From Bacilli bacterium (GTDB lineage: Bacteria > Bacillota_I > Bacilli_A > RF39 > UBA660), in the NCBI GenBank assembly GCA_017527675.1, contig JAFXPU010000002.1:6400-70399 (forward strand): DNA of 64,000 bases. The letters are read 5' to 3'. The notes under the pieces were generated by a model. It was not told the DNA's origin. It saw only the letters and a list, made by a program, of their open reading frames with translations, and did no database searches. Positions 9,966 through 20,312 of this stretch are shown here, piece after piece. Positions within the stretch are counted from its first letter, which is position 1. Each line of letters begins with the position of its first letter. The position numbers and the translations under genes are program-made.

Positions 9966-11190
9966 TTATACCACCTACATTAATACCAGCTTTTAAACCA
10001 GATAAGACAGCAAAAGAAATATTATATCCACCACATTCTCCGGTTATATCAATAAGTTCACCAACAAAATATAACCCTTTAACTAATTTAGATTCAAATG
10101 TATCTGTATTTAATTCAGTTAATAAAAGACCTCCACTACATACTTGAGCATTATTAAAATCCTTAGTACCTACAACTTTAACTTCGTAGTTAACTAAAGC
10201 GTTTAATAATTCTAATTTACTATCACTACTTATTTCATCATAAATAATATCATTATTAATTTTATATTTTTTAAATAAAGCATTAACAATTTTATAATTT
10301 AGAATTTCTTCTAATAATTCTACTAATGTTCTTTTATTTAACAATTTATTTTGCTTACTTAAATAATTATCTAAATCAGATTCATTATTTATATTTAATC
10401 CATGAAGTAAATTAAGTTTTATTTTGACTTCTTTTCCTTCTTCTAAATATTTATTAATTGCTAATGTAAGATTATAAATACAAATTCCAGATAAACCATA
10501 ATTGGTAAATTGCAATTCACCAACTTCCTCTTTTATTGATTTACTATCTACCAATAATGTTACCTTTGTATCATTTCTTACACCGTCTAATTCATGTAAA
10601 TACTTATCATCAGTAACAACTTGTACTAAAGCTGGATAAACATTATTTACAGTGTGATTTAATATTTTAGCAAATCTATATCCATCACCTGTAGATCCTG
10701 TTTTAGGATAGGCTTTTGAACCGGTTGCTACAATAACCTTATCAGCAATATAATTTTCCTTATTAGTTTCCACAATGAATTTATCAGCTATTTTAATATT
10801 TGTTACATCAACTTCATTTATTATTTTTACACCTTTTATATCAGCTTCCTTTATTAAGGCATTTAAAACAGCATAAGCTTGATTAGAATATGGATAATAA
10901 TAACCATTTTTAATACGTGGTACTAGTCCAATACTTTGATAAAAATCTGTTAACAATTTCTTTGATTCAGATGTTATTATTTTAGATACTAATTCTAAAT
11001 TATTAGAATAATAATGCTTGTAATTATAATCATCATTAAAATAATTACAATGACCATTACCAGTAATTAGTAATTTTTTTAAACATGTTTTATTTTTTTC
11101 TAAAACAGTAACTTCATTATTAGCATTTTTAGCTTTAATAGCTGCCGTAATACCAGCTACTCCACCACCTATTATAATTATTCTTTTCAT
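9958..11190 (-). CDS. HI0933/BaiN-family flavoprotein
   Basis: IIIGGGVAGITAAIKAK ... LITGNGHCNY, characteristic of the HI0933 (aminoacetone-oxidase-like) family. Overlaps the upstream FAD-dehydrogenase gene by 8 nt. Confidence 0.75.
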   Translation of the reverse strand: MKRIIIIGGGVAGITAAIKAKNANNEVTVLEKNKTCLKKLLITGNGHCNYFNDDYNYKHYYSNNLELVSKIITSESKKLLTDFYQSIGLVPRIKNGYYYPYSNQAYAVLNALIKEADIKGVKIINEVDVTNIKIADKFIVETNKENYIADKVIVATGSKAYPKTGSTGDGYRFAKILNHTVNNVYPALVQVVTDDKYLHELDGVRNDTKVTLLVDSKSIKEEVGELQFTNYGLSGICIYNLTLAINKYLEEGKEVKIKLNLLHGLNINNESDLDNYLSKQNKLLNKRTLVELLEEILNYKIVNALFKKYKINNDIIYDEISSDSKLELLNALVNYEVKVVGTKDFNNAQVCSGGLLLTELNTDTFESKLVKGLYFVGELIDITGECGGYNISFAVLSGLKAGINVGGIND

Positions 11191-11237
11191 CTAATCACCA
11201 TATAAATTATATCATAAAAAAAGACTTCTTATGAAGT

Positions 11238-11852
11238 CTATTTTTTTAATGATTCGTATACTAATACTGATGCAATAGTCATATATGGCATTAACCAAAT
11301 ATATAAAATACCTAAAGTTAATGCTCCAAGAATTTCCCATCCAATAAATGATAGAATAAATACGAATATTTCAACTTTATGCCCGTTAGTAATATCCCAG
11401 CATTTTCTTAATGCATCAGTTACAGGTAATTCAGGATTATCAGCAATTACAAATTCATATAAAGATAAACCCATAGCAGCTATAAAACCTGGAATAATTA
11501 ATAAAATCATACCAATTAAAACATTTAAACCTACTAGTAAAGATGCAAGTAAAGAAACAACCCAATTCTTTTTAATGAACTCTAGTATATCTTTTACTTC
11601 CATTCTTTGTCCACGTACAAAACCTAAGCAATAGTATGCATAACCAACAGAAAAAATTGTAGATATTATTGAAACAATTGAACTACCAATACTACTAATT
11701 GCACCATCAGCATTTGCAGCTGTATCAATAATTCCTAATATAATTGCAAAAGGTAATACTGCTAATAATAAATATACCATTGGTTTCCAAATATACCATA
11801 AATTACCCTTTACCATTTTTCTGGCATTTTCCTTAATTAAAATTCTATCCAT
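11238..11852 (-). CDS. DUF975-like integral membrane protein
   Basis: 204 aa with several hydrophobic helices. N-terminal ILIKENARKMVKGNLW resembles DUF975. Confidence 0.45.
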   Translation of the reverse strand: MDRILIKENARKMVKGNLWYIWKPMVYLLLAVLPFAIILGIIDTAANADGAISSIGSSIVSIISTIFSVGYAYYCLGFVRGQRMEVKDILEFIKKNWVVSLLASLLVGLNVLIGMILLIIPGFIAAMGLSLYEFVIADNPELPVTDALRKCWDITNGHKVEIFVFILSFIGWEILGALTLGILYIWLMPYMTIASVLVYESLKK

Positions 11853-11936
11853 ATAATACTCCTCCTTACAAAAATTATATCATTTTTTATTGTTATAAAC
11901 AATTATTCATTATCAATTTATGTCGATTTTTGTCGA

Positions 11937-12461
11937 TTATGATACTTTTTTCTTATTATTATTTAATTTATATAAAGAAATAGTAACCAAAATAATATCT
12001 AAAACACTAACAGCTATACCAACGTATGCTTTATAATAAGCATCATATATTATTTCAAGTAAACAGGTAATAATAACTGAATACTTAATTATTTTAACTT
12101 TACCTATATATAATGCAATACTATAAAATAAAATAAGTAAAATTGGTAACAAGGTAATTAAACCATCATATGCAAGTAAGTTAAGAGCAATAACCACAAG
12201 TAAATATAGCATAAATCCCCATAATGGTACTCTTTTACCATATTTATATAAAAATATATTACGAAAAATAGCTAAAAAAGAACATATTGCTCCGGTTATA
12301 GCATTAAGTAATAAATACTGAACACCACTAAAAAAATTATAAATACCATTATAAGTAAATATTTTCTTTTTATTATTAGAACGATCTCCAACTACATAGA
12401 AAAAAGAACTAATAAGTTTAAATATTTGAGCTAAAATTATATTCATACTATCTATCCTCAA
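11937..12461 (-). CDS. Small integral membrane protein (YgjV-like)
   Basis: 174 aa, about 5 predicted TM helices. Confidence 0.4.
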   Translation of the reverse strand: MRIDSMNIILAQIFKLISSFFYVVGDRSNNKKKIFTYNGIYNFFSGVQYLLLNAITGAICSFLAIFRNIFLYKYGKRVPLWGFMLYLLVVIALNLLAYDGLITLLPILLILFYSIALYIGKVKIIKYSVIITCLLEIIYDAYYKAYVGIAVSVLDIILVTISLYKLNNNKKKVS

Positions 12462-12482
12462 ATTAATTATAACATATGTAAA

Positions 12483-12947
12483 TTACTTAAATACCAATGA
12501 TTTAACCATTTTTTCTTTTGGTTTACGCATTTTCAAGTATCTATCTACTCTATTATTTAATTGATCTAGTTTATTTATATTATTTAGAATTAAATCTATT
12601 TCATTTTTATTAATACTTATATCACGGCTTAAATATTTTCTATATATAATTGGACTAACTCCCATAATTTTTTTAAACATTTCTGAATAGTATTCTAATG
12701 AATTAAAACCATTATTATAAGCTATATAACTAACATAATTATCATAATTATACATTGATAAACTATTAAATATTCTAAGAGAGTTTAGATAATCAAAAAT
12801 AGTAATATTAATTTCCTTTTTAAATCTTTTCATAATATATGTTTTATTAAAATGAAATATATTAGCAAGTTCATCAATTGTTATTTCCTTATTTAGATTT
12901 TGTTTTAAAAATATTAAAATATCACATACCAATTCATTAGAAAACAT
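12483..12947 (-). CDS. AraC-family HTH transcriptional regulator (DNA-binding domain only)
   Basis: 154 aa. ITIDELANIFHFNKTYIMKRFKKEINITIFDYLNSLRI resembles the AraC HTH pair. Confidence 0.5.
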   Translation of the reverse strand: MFSNELVCDILIFLKQNLNKEITIDELANIFHFNKTYIMKRFKKEINITIFDYLNSLRIFNSLSMYNYDNYVSYIAYNNGFNSLEYYSEMFKKIMGVSPIIYRKYLSRDISINKNEIDLILNNINKLDQLNNRVDRYLKMRKPKEKMVKSLVFK

Positions 12948-13042
12948 TTAATCACCATCATAATTATATCACAAAAAGCCATTATTGTTTAAACAATATC
13001 AAAAAGAGTAATATATACTTAAATCACAAGGGAGGGATATTA

Positions 13043-14380
13043 ATGATATATTCAAGATGGGCAAGTAAAGAAGAAATATTAAATAAAACTACCCAAATAA
13101 ACAATGATTCTGATATTAAAAAATCAGGAATAGAATTCATGTATGACGAAAATAACTTATATATTGATGATAGTGAAGTACATAATCTAGTTATTGGTTC
13201 AACAGGATCAGGGAAAACACAAGCTACTATGTTACCACAATTAAGATTAGCTATTAAAGCTAATGAATCATTTGTTGTAAATGATATAAAAGGTGAAATT
13301 TATAATGTATTAAGTGGAGAATTAGCTAAACAAGGATATAAAGTATATACTATTAACCTAGCTGCTACTAAAAAAGGTAATAATTTTAATCCATTTGCTT
13401 TACCATACAAATTATATAAAGATGGTGATATAGATACCGCTTTGGAAATGATTGAAAACATTGGATACTATTTTGTATCAAACGATACATTTGATCCAAA
13501 TCAAGATCCATTCTGGGAAATATCTGCTGCTAATCTATTTACCGGATTAGTACTATATTTATTTGAAAACGAAAAAATAGATAACATAACAATTAACAAC
13601 GTTTCTAATTTAGTTAATGATGTTAAAAAGATGGAAAACTATTTAAATGACATTAGTAAAGATTCTTTAATATATACTTATTTATCAACTATTTATAATG
13701 CTCCAAGTGATACCAAGGGTTCAATTATTACTGTATTTAAACAAAAGATTAAATTATATACCGTAAGAGAAAGTCTATCTAGTATTCTTAGTTACAATAA
13801 CATTGATTTACTTAATATTCAAAAAGATAAAACAGCAATTTTCATTATTAATGAGAATAAATCAACAACTAAAAATTTAGTTTCAATGATTATTGATCAA
13901 TGTTATTATACAACTAATATTCTTAAATACAAAGAAAGAAGACTAAACTTTTATATTGATGATTTTGAGAATATTAAAGACATTAAACATTTTGTTAATA
14001 TTTTAAATTTAGCTAGAGGAAACAATATTAGATTCAATATTTATTTAAAAAGTTTTTTAGAGCTTGATACTATCTATGGTAAACAAGGTGCCGATTTATT
14101 AAAAATGAGTTTTGGAAATATTATTTATTTACTTGCAAATGATATTGAAACATTAAATCAAATATCAAAATTATGTGGACGTAGTGAAGAAAATACCCCA
14201 TTAATAAGTGAAGAAGAATTAAAAACACTTAATTATTTTGAGGCTATAATTATTTCACCACGTATGCATCCAATTAAAACAAAATTACTTCCAGATTATC
14301 AAATTGATTGGAAATTTGAAAAAAAAGTTGTAGAACAACCAGATTTGCCTAATAAAAATGAAAATGTATATGATATTTAA
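13043..14380 (+). CDS. Type IV secretion coupling protein-like ATPase (TraD/TraG/VirD4 family)
   Basis: Walker A LVIGSTGSGKTQATMLPQL and the overall size and layout of T4SS_DNA_transfer ATPases. GGGAGGG RBS. No other conjugation genes nearby. Confidence 0.55.
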   Translation: MIYSRWASKEEILNKTTQINNDSDIKKSGIEFMYDENNLYIDDSEVHNLVIGSTGSGKTQATMLPQLRLAIKANESFVVNDIKGEIYNVLSGELAKQGYKVYTINLAATKKGNNFNPFALPYKLYKDGDIDTALEMIENIGYYFVSNDTFDPNQDPFWEISAANLFTGLVLYLFENEKIDNITINNVSNLVNDVKKMENYLNDISKDSLIYTYLSTIYNAPSDTKGSIITVFKQKIKLYTVRESLSSILSYNNIDLLNIQKDKTAIFIINENKSTTKNLVSMIIDQCYYTTNILKYKERRLNFYIDDFENIKDIKHFVNILNLARGNNIRFNIYLKSFLELDTIYGKQGADLLKMSFGNIIYLLANDIETLNQISKLCGRSEENTPLISEEELKTLNYFEAIIISPRMHPIKTKLLPDYQIDWKFEKKVVEQPDLPNKNENVYDI

Positions 14381-14435
14381 AAGATTTAGTCAAACTAAAT
14401 CTTTTTGTATGTTATAATTTATTTAGGAGGTATTT

Positions 14436-15110
14436 ATGATAAAATCTAAAGGATGGAATTGGAAAATAATTACAGATGATGCCGCAAATTATTGGAAAAA
14501 TCCCAGTATTGAGTCATTTTATTTATTAAATAGATGGCAATCTCTAGATTTAAAAAGCTTCTTAGATTTAGGTTGCGGATTAGGCAGACACAGTGTTTTA
14601 TTCGCCAAGAATGGTTTTAATACATCATGTTTTGATATAAGTGATGAAGCAATTAAGCAAACCAAAGAATGGTGTGAAAAGGAAAATTTAAAATGTGATT
14701 ATAAAATTGGTGATATGCTTAAATTACCATACAAAGATAATTCTTTTGATTGCATTTTATGCCGCAATGTTATATCACATACAGATACTGAAGGAATCAA
14801 AAAAATAATAAACGAATTAAAAAGAGTCTTAAAAAAAGACGGGGAATGTTATTTAACATTGGGTTCTAAAGATACTTGGGGATTTAAGCAAGAAGATTGG
14901 CCTCTGCAAGATCCAAATACTAGACTTAGAATGGAAGAAGGGCCAGAATACATGACCCCTCATTTTTACGCAGATTATGAATTATGCAAAGAATTATTTA
15001 AAGATTTTAAAATAATTGAAATTTATCAAATTATTAACTATCACGAAAGAAATGATAAAGTATGTGATGAATATCATTATCATTTATTAATAAAAAAAGT
15101 TATAGATTAA
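14436..15110 (+). CDS. Class I SAM-dependent methyltransferase
   Basis: Motif I LDLGCGLGRH; 224 aa. Confidence 0.75.
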   Translation: MIKSKGWNWKIITDDAANYWKNPSIESFYLLNRWQSLDLKSFLDLGCGLGRHSVLFAKNGFNTSCFDISDEAIKQTKEWCEKENLKCDYKIGDMLKLPYKDNSFDCILCRNVISHTDTEGIKKIINELKRVLKKDGECYLTLGSKDTWGFKQEDWPLQDPNTRLRMEEGPEYMTPHFYADYELCKELFKDFKIIEIYQIINYHERNDKVCDEYHYHLLIKKVID

Positions 15111-15123
15111 AACTATAACTTTT

Positions 15124-16191
15124 TTATTTCCATTGGTAGTTAACAGAATCATCTTTCCATAATACTGGTTTATATACTGTACCCATAAAGAAAATTGTAT
15201 TTGTTGCTTTATCTCTAACAACAATAATAAATGGTTTATTAATATTTATATATAATTTTTCCCTCTCAATAGGTAAAGCACATCCACATAACATTTCCAT
15301 TATAGTAGCACTCGCTGCTTTTAAGCCTTTTTCAGAGAAATCTATTTTTGATTTATGAATAACATTTAAATCACATCTATCATTAATAATTTTTTGTAAA
15401 TTAGGACTGTCTATGGTCTTAAACCCCATTTGTCTTAAACTATCCATAGCATTTAAACTATATTCAAAAGAAAATTTAGGAACAGATATATGTATTTCTC
15501 TTGGATCATCTTTCAATGGTTGAAGATTATTTAATATATGATAAATATTATCATCATTAATACCATTTATATATTCAGTTAATGAAATATTTTTAGGTTG
15601 AATTAATACACAATCAAATTGATCAAAATATTTTTTTAAATTTAGTCCTAAAGCAATAGTATGATCATCTTCATAATATGAAGAATTATAACCTTGAAAA
15701 CCATATATATAACTGGCTTCTATATTATCATTAAAAATTCCTTTATTAACTTTAGTAGGTGATACCTCATTTTCCCATTGCATATCAACTGCTATTGTAT
15801 TGATTAATAGTAAATTACCATTTATTTTGTCTAAAATATTTTTTATTTGTCCAAATGTTTTTTTCTCAACATAACTATTAATTACATCTACATCTAAAGT
15901 ATCAACTTCTAATTCAGCATTATATTTAGTGTTTAAATTATCTAAAAAATCCTGACTAATTGAATTAGAAATACTTTTATCAACATATATTTTATTGAAT
16001 ATACATAATACATCCTGAATATTGGCATATTTATAAATATCCTCATCACTTAATAATCTATCTAGTTCTTCCTTAGTTTCACCAGTTGCACCCTCATATA
16101 ACATAGATAATGCTATCATGAGTGAATAAGGGCTTAAAACTGTATTTTCCTCTTTATTATTTAACTTTAAATAATCTATTTTGTTCATCAT
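15124..16191 (-). CDS. Serpin (serine protease inhibitor) family protein
   Basis: N-terminal SPYSLMIALSMLYEGATGET (serpin hB region) and C-terminal PFIIVVRDKATNTIFFMGTVYKP (serpin signature region). Confidence 0.75.
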   Translation of the reverse strand: MMNKIDYLKLNNKEENTVLSPYSLMIALSMLYEGATGETKEELDRLLSDEDIYKYANIQDVLCIFNKIYVDKSISNSISQDFLDNLNTKYNAELEVDTLDVDVINSYVEKKTFGQIKNILDKINGNLLLINTIAVDMQWENEVSPTKVNKGIFNDNIEASYIYGFQGYNSSYYEDDHTIALGLNLKKYFDQFDCVLIQPKNISLTEYINGINDDNIYHILNNLQPLKDDPREIHISVPKFSFEYSLNAMDSLRQMGFKTIDSPNLQKIINDRCDLNVIHKSKIDFSEKGLKAASATIMEMLCGCALPIEREKLYININKPFIIVVRDKATNTIFFMGTVYKPVLWKDDSVNYQWK

Positions 16192-16255
16192 ATCACCTAA
16201 ATATATTGTATCATATTAATTTAAAAAAGTGCTAACATTTGTTAGCACTCTCTAT

Positions 16256-16681
16256 TTATTGTTGTTTTACTTTTTCAATATTATTTAAATATATTGCAAG
16301 ACTATCTAAATTATCAAATACTTTTGCACCATTTTCAGCAACTAATTTCATAGTTTTCAAAGCACATTTTTTAGTATGTCCTTCAAACTCCTTACCATTA
16401 GCTGATTCTAAAAGGCATAAAATTGTTCTTTCTGGTCTTTTATTACTATCATCAGTTACTTCGACAAAACTATAAAATCCTGTACCTTCTGGAGTTATTA
16501 CATATAAACAGATATCATCATTTTTTCTATGGTAATCTTCTTCAATTTGACATTCTTTAGTCCAATTTGGAACAACTGGATTAAAAGTCTCAATTCTATC
16601 TTCGTCCAATCTTCTTAATAATTCATCTCTCCATGTTGAACTTGCACAAGTACCACCTAAAAACACTTTTACTTTTTCCAT
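16256..16681 (-). CDS. Nucleoside 2-deoxyribosyltransferase-like protein
   Basis: VFLGGTCASSTWRDELL N-terminus resembles the Nuc_deoxyri_tr2 family. Confidence 0.45.
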   Translation of the reverse strand: MEKVKVFLGGTCASSTWRDELLRRLDEDRIETFNPVVPNWTKECQIEEDYHRKNDDICLYVITPEGTGFYSFVEVTDDSNKRPERTILCLLESANGKEFEGHTKKCALKTMKLVAENGAKVFDNLDSLAIYLNNIEKVKQQ

Positions 16682-16887
16682 TTAAATCACACTCCTTTAT
16701 TTTCATAAAGGTCTTGATCAAAAAGTAAATTTTATATAAAAAAGACAAGACCTTTATACTTAAAAGTCTTGCCCAAGATACTCTTTATTATACCGGTTAT
16801 TGCTAACGTGTGACGATATAATACATTTAAGGACTACTCCCTTTCAATTGAGATATATAGTAGCACAAAAAGGCTTATTTGTCAAAT

Positions 16888-17151
16888 TTATCTATGTCTT
16901 CCATTAACCTTTTCTAATACTTTCTCAATAGTTTCGGCAGTTGGATTTAAATATTCTTCTTCTGTTATTCCATATTGTTCATATAATTCTTCATCACTAA
17001 TGTCTTCTAGAATACCAATTAAATCCATTAATTGTTCTGAATAAACATTTTCATTATAATTATAACTATTTAATCCACTTGTAATATCATAATTATTTTG
17101 TTCTGGATTAGTATATTCTCTGAATTCCATATTAACCTCATTTCTGTTCAA
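16888..17151 (-). CDS. Small acidic hypothetical protein
   Basis: 87 aa. Its start overlaps the stop of the VWA gene by 14 nt, so it is likely co-transcribed. Confidence 0.4.
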   Translation of the reverse strand: MNRNEVNMEFREYTNPEQNNYDITSGLNSYNYNENVYSEQLMDLIGILEDISDEELYEQYGITEEEYLNPTAETIEKVLEKVNGRHR

Positions 17152-20098
17152 AATATTTTAAATCTTCTTCTAAAGAAGGACTAATTCTTAATTTCTCATC
17201 TATCCAACGATAATATCCATTTAATTCTGTTAAACATTGATTGTTCTTACAATAAATTTGTAGATATCTCTTCTCACCTGGGTAATTATTATCATATACA
17301 CCTATATAGTATCTATTAGGATCTTCTAAAGATTGAATTAAGTTAATAGCATTTATACCATGATTACTAGTTGAGATAACAACTGGATCATTATCATTTA
17401 ATCTTCTTCTTAATATAGCTAAGAAGGCTTCTGAATTGCCACCTTCATATGTCTCACCAGATATAATATCTCTTACAACATATGCAGATGAGAATGCTGA
17501 TGAATAGTAAGTTGATAGATCTTGTTTTCTAAGCAAATAATATAAAGCATTAAATAATTGTTTATCTTCATTTTCAATTGATCTACTTGTTTGCATTGAT
17601 TCCTTATCATCTAATATTGTCCATTCTTTCTTATTATAATCACTATTACCCTTTACCTTACTTGTTTTAATAGTAAATAATCCATCATTTTCAATTTCTT
17701 CTTTATATTTATCATTGTAACGTTTTATTTTTTTATCTTTATCAACTATGTATAAATCCGCTGGTGCTGTTTCATCAAATATATCAAAAGATTTATAATA
17801 TCCTGGGTAACCATAATATTTTAAAGCTTTAGATTTAAATTTAAAGTCGTATAAATTATTTGTATAGTTTTTAAAATATGAATATGATAAATCGTAACCA
17901 CGTACTTCATCTTTACCTATTTTTTTATCATTAGCTTTTAATGGTAGTAGTTTTTTATAGTATAACTCAGCAAACGTTGCCATTCCATAACAATGACCGC
18001 CATTATCTGTTGTAGATACATAGTTTTCAAATGAGAATCCATCACGATTAACGATAAATCCGCTATCAGCAACAAGAATACCATCATACTCTCCATCATC
18101 ATTAATATCAACAAGATCATCGTTTAATTCTGTTTGAACATCCAAGAATAATTCTTCAAGACCTTTAGCATCTGATGATGCATAAAACTTGCACCCAGTT
18201 CCTGCTGATATTTCTTCTAAGTTTTTATTAGTTGCACCTTCGCCAAATCCAATAGCACATACTTTAACATTATTTTCTTGTGCTTTTTTAATAACTTCTT
18301 CTTTTCTATAACTTGTTTCTGTATCATGACCATCAGTTAAAATAATAATGTATTTGTAGTCTGTATCATCACTGAATTCTTTCATACCCTCAACAATACC
18401 GCGGCTTGTATTTGTACCAGCAGTTGTTGTAACAAAAGTACCATTCATTTTAGGTAATTTTTTCTTTATATCACTTTTCTTACTTCCAATTGGAAGAACA
18501 TTAGCATAGTCTTTTCTAAATTCAGATACACCAATTTGATAATTGTCACTAGATAGTTTATCTACTAGTTCACTAGTTAAACTAAATCTAACACCATCAG
18601 CATCATTACCAGCTAAATCACTTGAATCAAACCAGCCACCGCTATACTCTTCACCAGTTATTTTCTTATATTGCTCATTAGTATACATACTCCAAGAATT
18701 ATCTAAAACAAATAACACTTGATATGTTGCTGTTTCATTTAATATTTCGCTATCACCTACAACATATGGTGAGAAATGCTTTAATGTAGCCGTAACTGTT
18801 TTATTATTCTTATCAACTACACTATCAATTTTTTCATATTTTGCTTCCTTTTCATTGTAATAGAATATAGCTAAATTATCTTCATTTAATCCATACTTAG
18901 CTAATTCTTCATCAGTATAAGTAATTGTTAAAGTTGCTTCTTTAATACTACCATCAGTATGTAATAAATATAGGTTATCAATTAATCCTTTTTTACCACT
19001 TATTTTAGTATTTGAATTAATTTCAGCAACAGTCGAAGCAATGTTTCCTTTACCATTAATAGTTATTTTTACATTGTCTTTTTCATAATTATAAGTTAAT
19101 TCCCTTTTTCCATCTTTAGTTCCATCACCTTTAGAATCGGCTTTTAAAGGATCAAGTTCTAACTTCAATTCATCATAATCGCTTAAACTATCATTATCTG
19201 AATCGGCTTTAGTTGGATCAGTCTTACTAGTTTTAATCTCATAGCCATCATCTAATCCATCTTTATCTGTATCACCAATTAAGGCATCAGTTTTATATTT
19301 CTTCTCTTCTTTATTAGTTAAACCATCATTATCTAAATCTTCATCAGAATCATAATCTATTTTTTCTTTTTCATCATAATTAATTTCTATTTTTTCTTTT
19401 GAATCATCAAAAACATGATATTTTTTGCTAATTTTTTTTAGTTTATAACTAACTTCAATTTTACAATCACCAGATGCTTCAGTTAAATCCCATATAATTT
19501 CACTACTATTTGGTTTTTCATAAGAACCACATGTTGTTTTAATTTTTACTTCATCAATTTTACTCTCATTAGATATATCAAAACCCAATTTTATCTTATT
19601 AGGCATAATATAATCTATATTGTAATCACTATAATTTTCATTCCAACTAAGTTTTATAGAGCCACCCATTTTTTTATAGGCAATTAATCCACCTACTACT
19701 ACGCCAGCAACTAAAACTAAGCCAATAACTATCCAAAGCAATATTTTCTTAAATTTTCCATTGGATTTTTTTATTTTCGGCTCTGCTATTGTAACGCTCT
19801 CCTCAGCAGGAACTTCCTCCACTTTATTTTCCTCTATAACCGTAGCATCATTTTTCTCTTCTTCTTTATTATCTACCGGAGTAGCTTCCTCAGTTATAGG
19901 TTCTGCAGGTACTTCTTCTTTAGTATTTTCTTCTGCATTTGTTTCTTCAACTACTTCTTCAGTTGTTTCAACTTTTTCTTCAAATGTTGCTTCTTCTTTG
20001 GCTTTATTTTCCAAATACTCTTTTATTTTATCTTGATCACATACTGCACACAAAGTTGCATTTTTAGGTAATTTTCTACCACATTTTTGGCAATACAT
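17138..20098 (-). CDS. Zinc-ribbon / thrombospondin-type-3 repeat / von Willebrand factor A protein
   Basis: N-terminal CQKCGRK...CAVC zinc ribbon, an acidic Glu-rich stretch, one TM helix (ILLWIVIGLVLVAGVVVGGLIA), Ca-binding DxDxDGxxDxxE repeats (DNDGLTNKEE, DTDKDGLDDGYE, DSDNDSLSDYDE) and a VWA MIDAS motif VLFVLDNSWSM. Confidence 0.8.
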   Translation of the reverse strand: MYCQKCGRKLPKNATLCAVCDQDKIKEYLENKAKEEATFEEKVETTEEVVEETNAEENTKEEVPAEPITEEATPVDNKEEEKNDATVIEENKVEEVPAEESVTIAEPKIKKSNGKFKKILLWIVIGLVLVAGVVVGGLIAYKKMGGSIKLSWNENYSDYNIDYIMPNKIKLGFDISNESKIDEVKIKTTCGSYEKPNSSEIIWDLTEASGDCKIEVSYKLKKISKKYHVFDDSKEKIEINYDEKEKIDYDSDEDLDNDGLTNKEEKKYKTDALIGDTDKDGLDDGYEIKTSKTDPTKADSDNDSLSDYDELKLELDPLKADSKGDGTKDGKRELTYNYEKDNVKITINGKGNIASTVAEINSNTKISGKKGLIDNLYLLHTDGSIKEATLTITYTDEELAKYGLNEDNLAIFYYNEKEAKYEKIDSVVDKNNKTVTATLKHFSPYVVGDSEILNETATYQVLFVLDNSWSMYTNEQYKKITGEEYSGGWFDSSDLAGNDADGVRFSLTSELVDKLSSDNYQIGVSEFRKDYANVLPIGSKKSDIKKKLPKMNGTFVTTTAGTNTSRGIVEGMKEFSDDTDYKYIIILTDGHDTETSYRKEEVIKKAQENNVKVCAIGFGEGATNKNLEEISAGTGCKFYASSDAKGLEELFLDVQTELNDDLVDINDDGEYDGILVADSGFIVNRDGFSFENYVSTTDNGGHCYGMATFAELYYKKLLPLKANDKKIGKDEVRGYDLSYSYFKNYTNNLYDFKFKSKALKYYGYPGYYKSFDIFDETAPADLYIVDKDKKIKRYNDKYKEEIENDGLFTIKTSKVKGNSDYNKKEWTILDDKESMQTSRSIENEDKQLFNALYYLLRKQDLSTYYSSAFSSAYVVRDIISGETYEGGNSEAFLAILRRRLNDNDPVVISTSNHGINAINLIQSLEDPNRYYIGVYDNNYPGEKRYLQIYCKNNQCLTELNGYYRWIDEKLRISPSLEEDLKYFEQK

Positions 20099-20312
20099 AT
20101 CTTCCCTTCTTTCATATTATATAAATCACCTTAATTATATCATAGTTTATTAATTAAAAAAATAGAAATATAAATTAATAAAATATTTATTATTTTATAT
20201 GATAAAATAGATATATATTTAAATGTTATTAAAACGGGCTAATATTCCGGTCAAAATTGGTAGAGAAAAAACTATAATAATTATATTATTGTATTAGAAA
20301 GAGGGAATAATT

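Noticed and set aside
16239-16475. Plus-strand 78-aa ORF overlapping the deoxyribosyltransferase-like gene
   Set aside because: Antisense to a gene with a recognisable family motif, and lacks an RBS.
16682-16887. Hairpins and a TTGCTA...TATAAT-like element in the 16.7-16.9 kb intergenic region as a defined promoter or ncRNA
   Set aside because: The inverted repeats (AAGGTCTTG/CAAGACCTT, TCTTGcccAAGA) are consistent with simple terminators for the upstream minus-strand genes. The spacing of the candidate -35/-10 elements is too short (11 nt) to call a promoter with confidence.
17938-20036. ORFs 17938..18120 and 19761..20036 within the VWA gene
   Set aside because: Embedded in a well-supported coding frame, no RBS, low-complexity translations.
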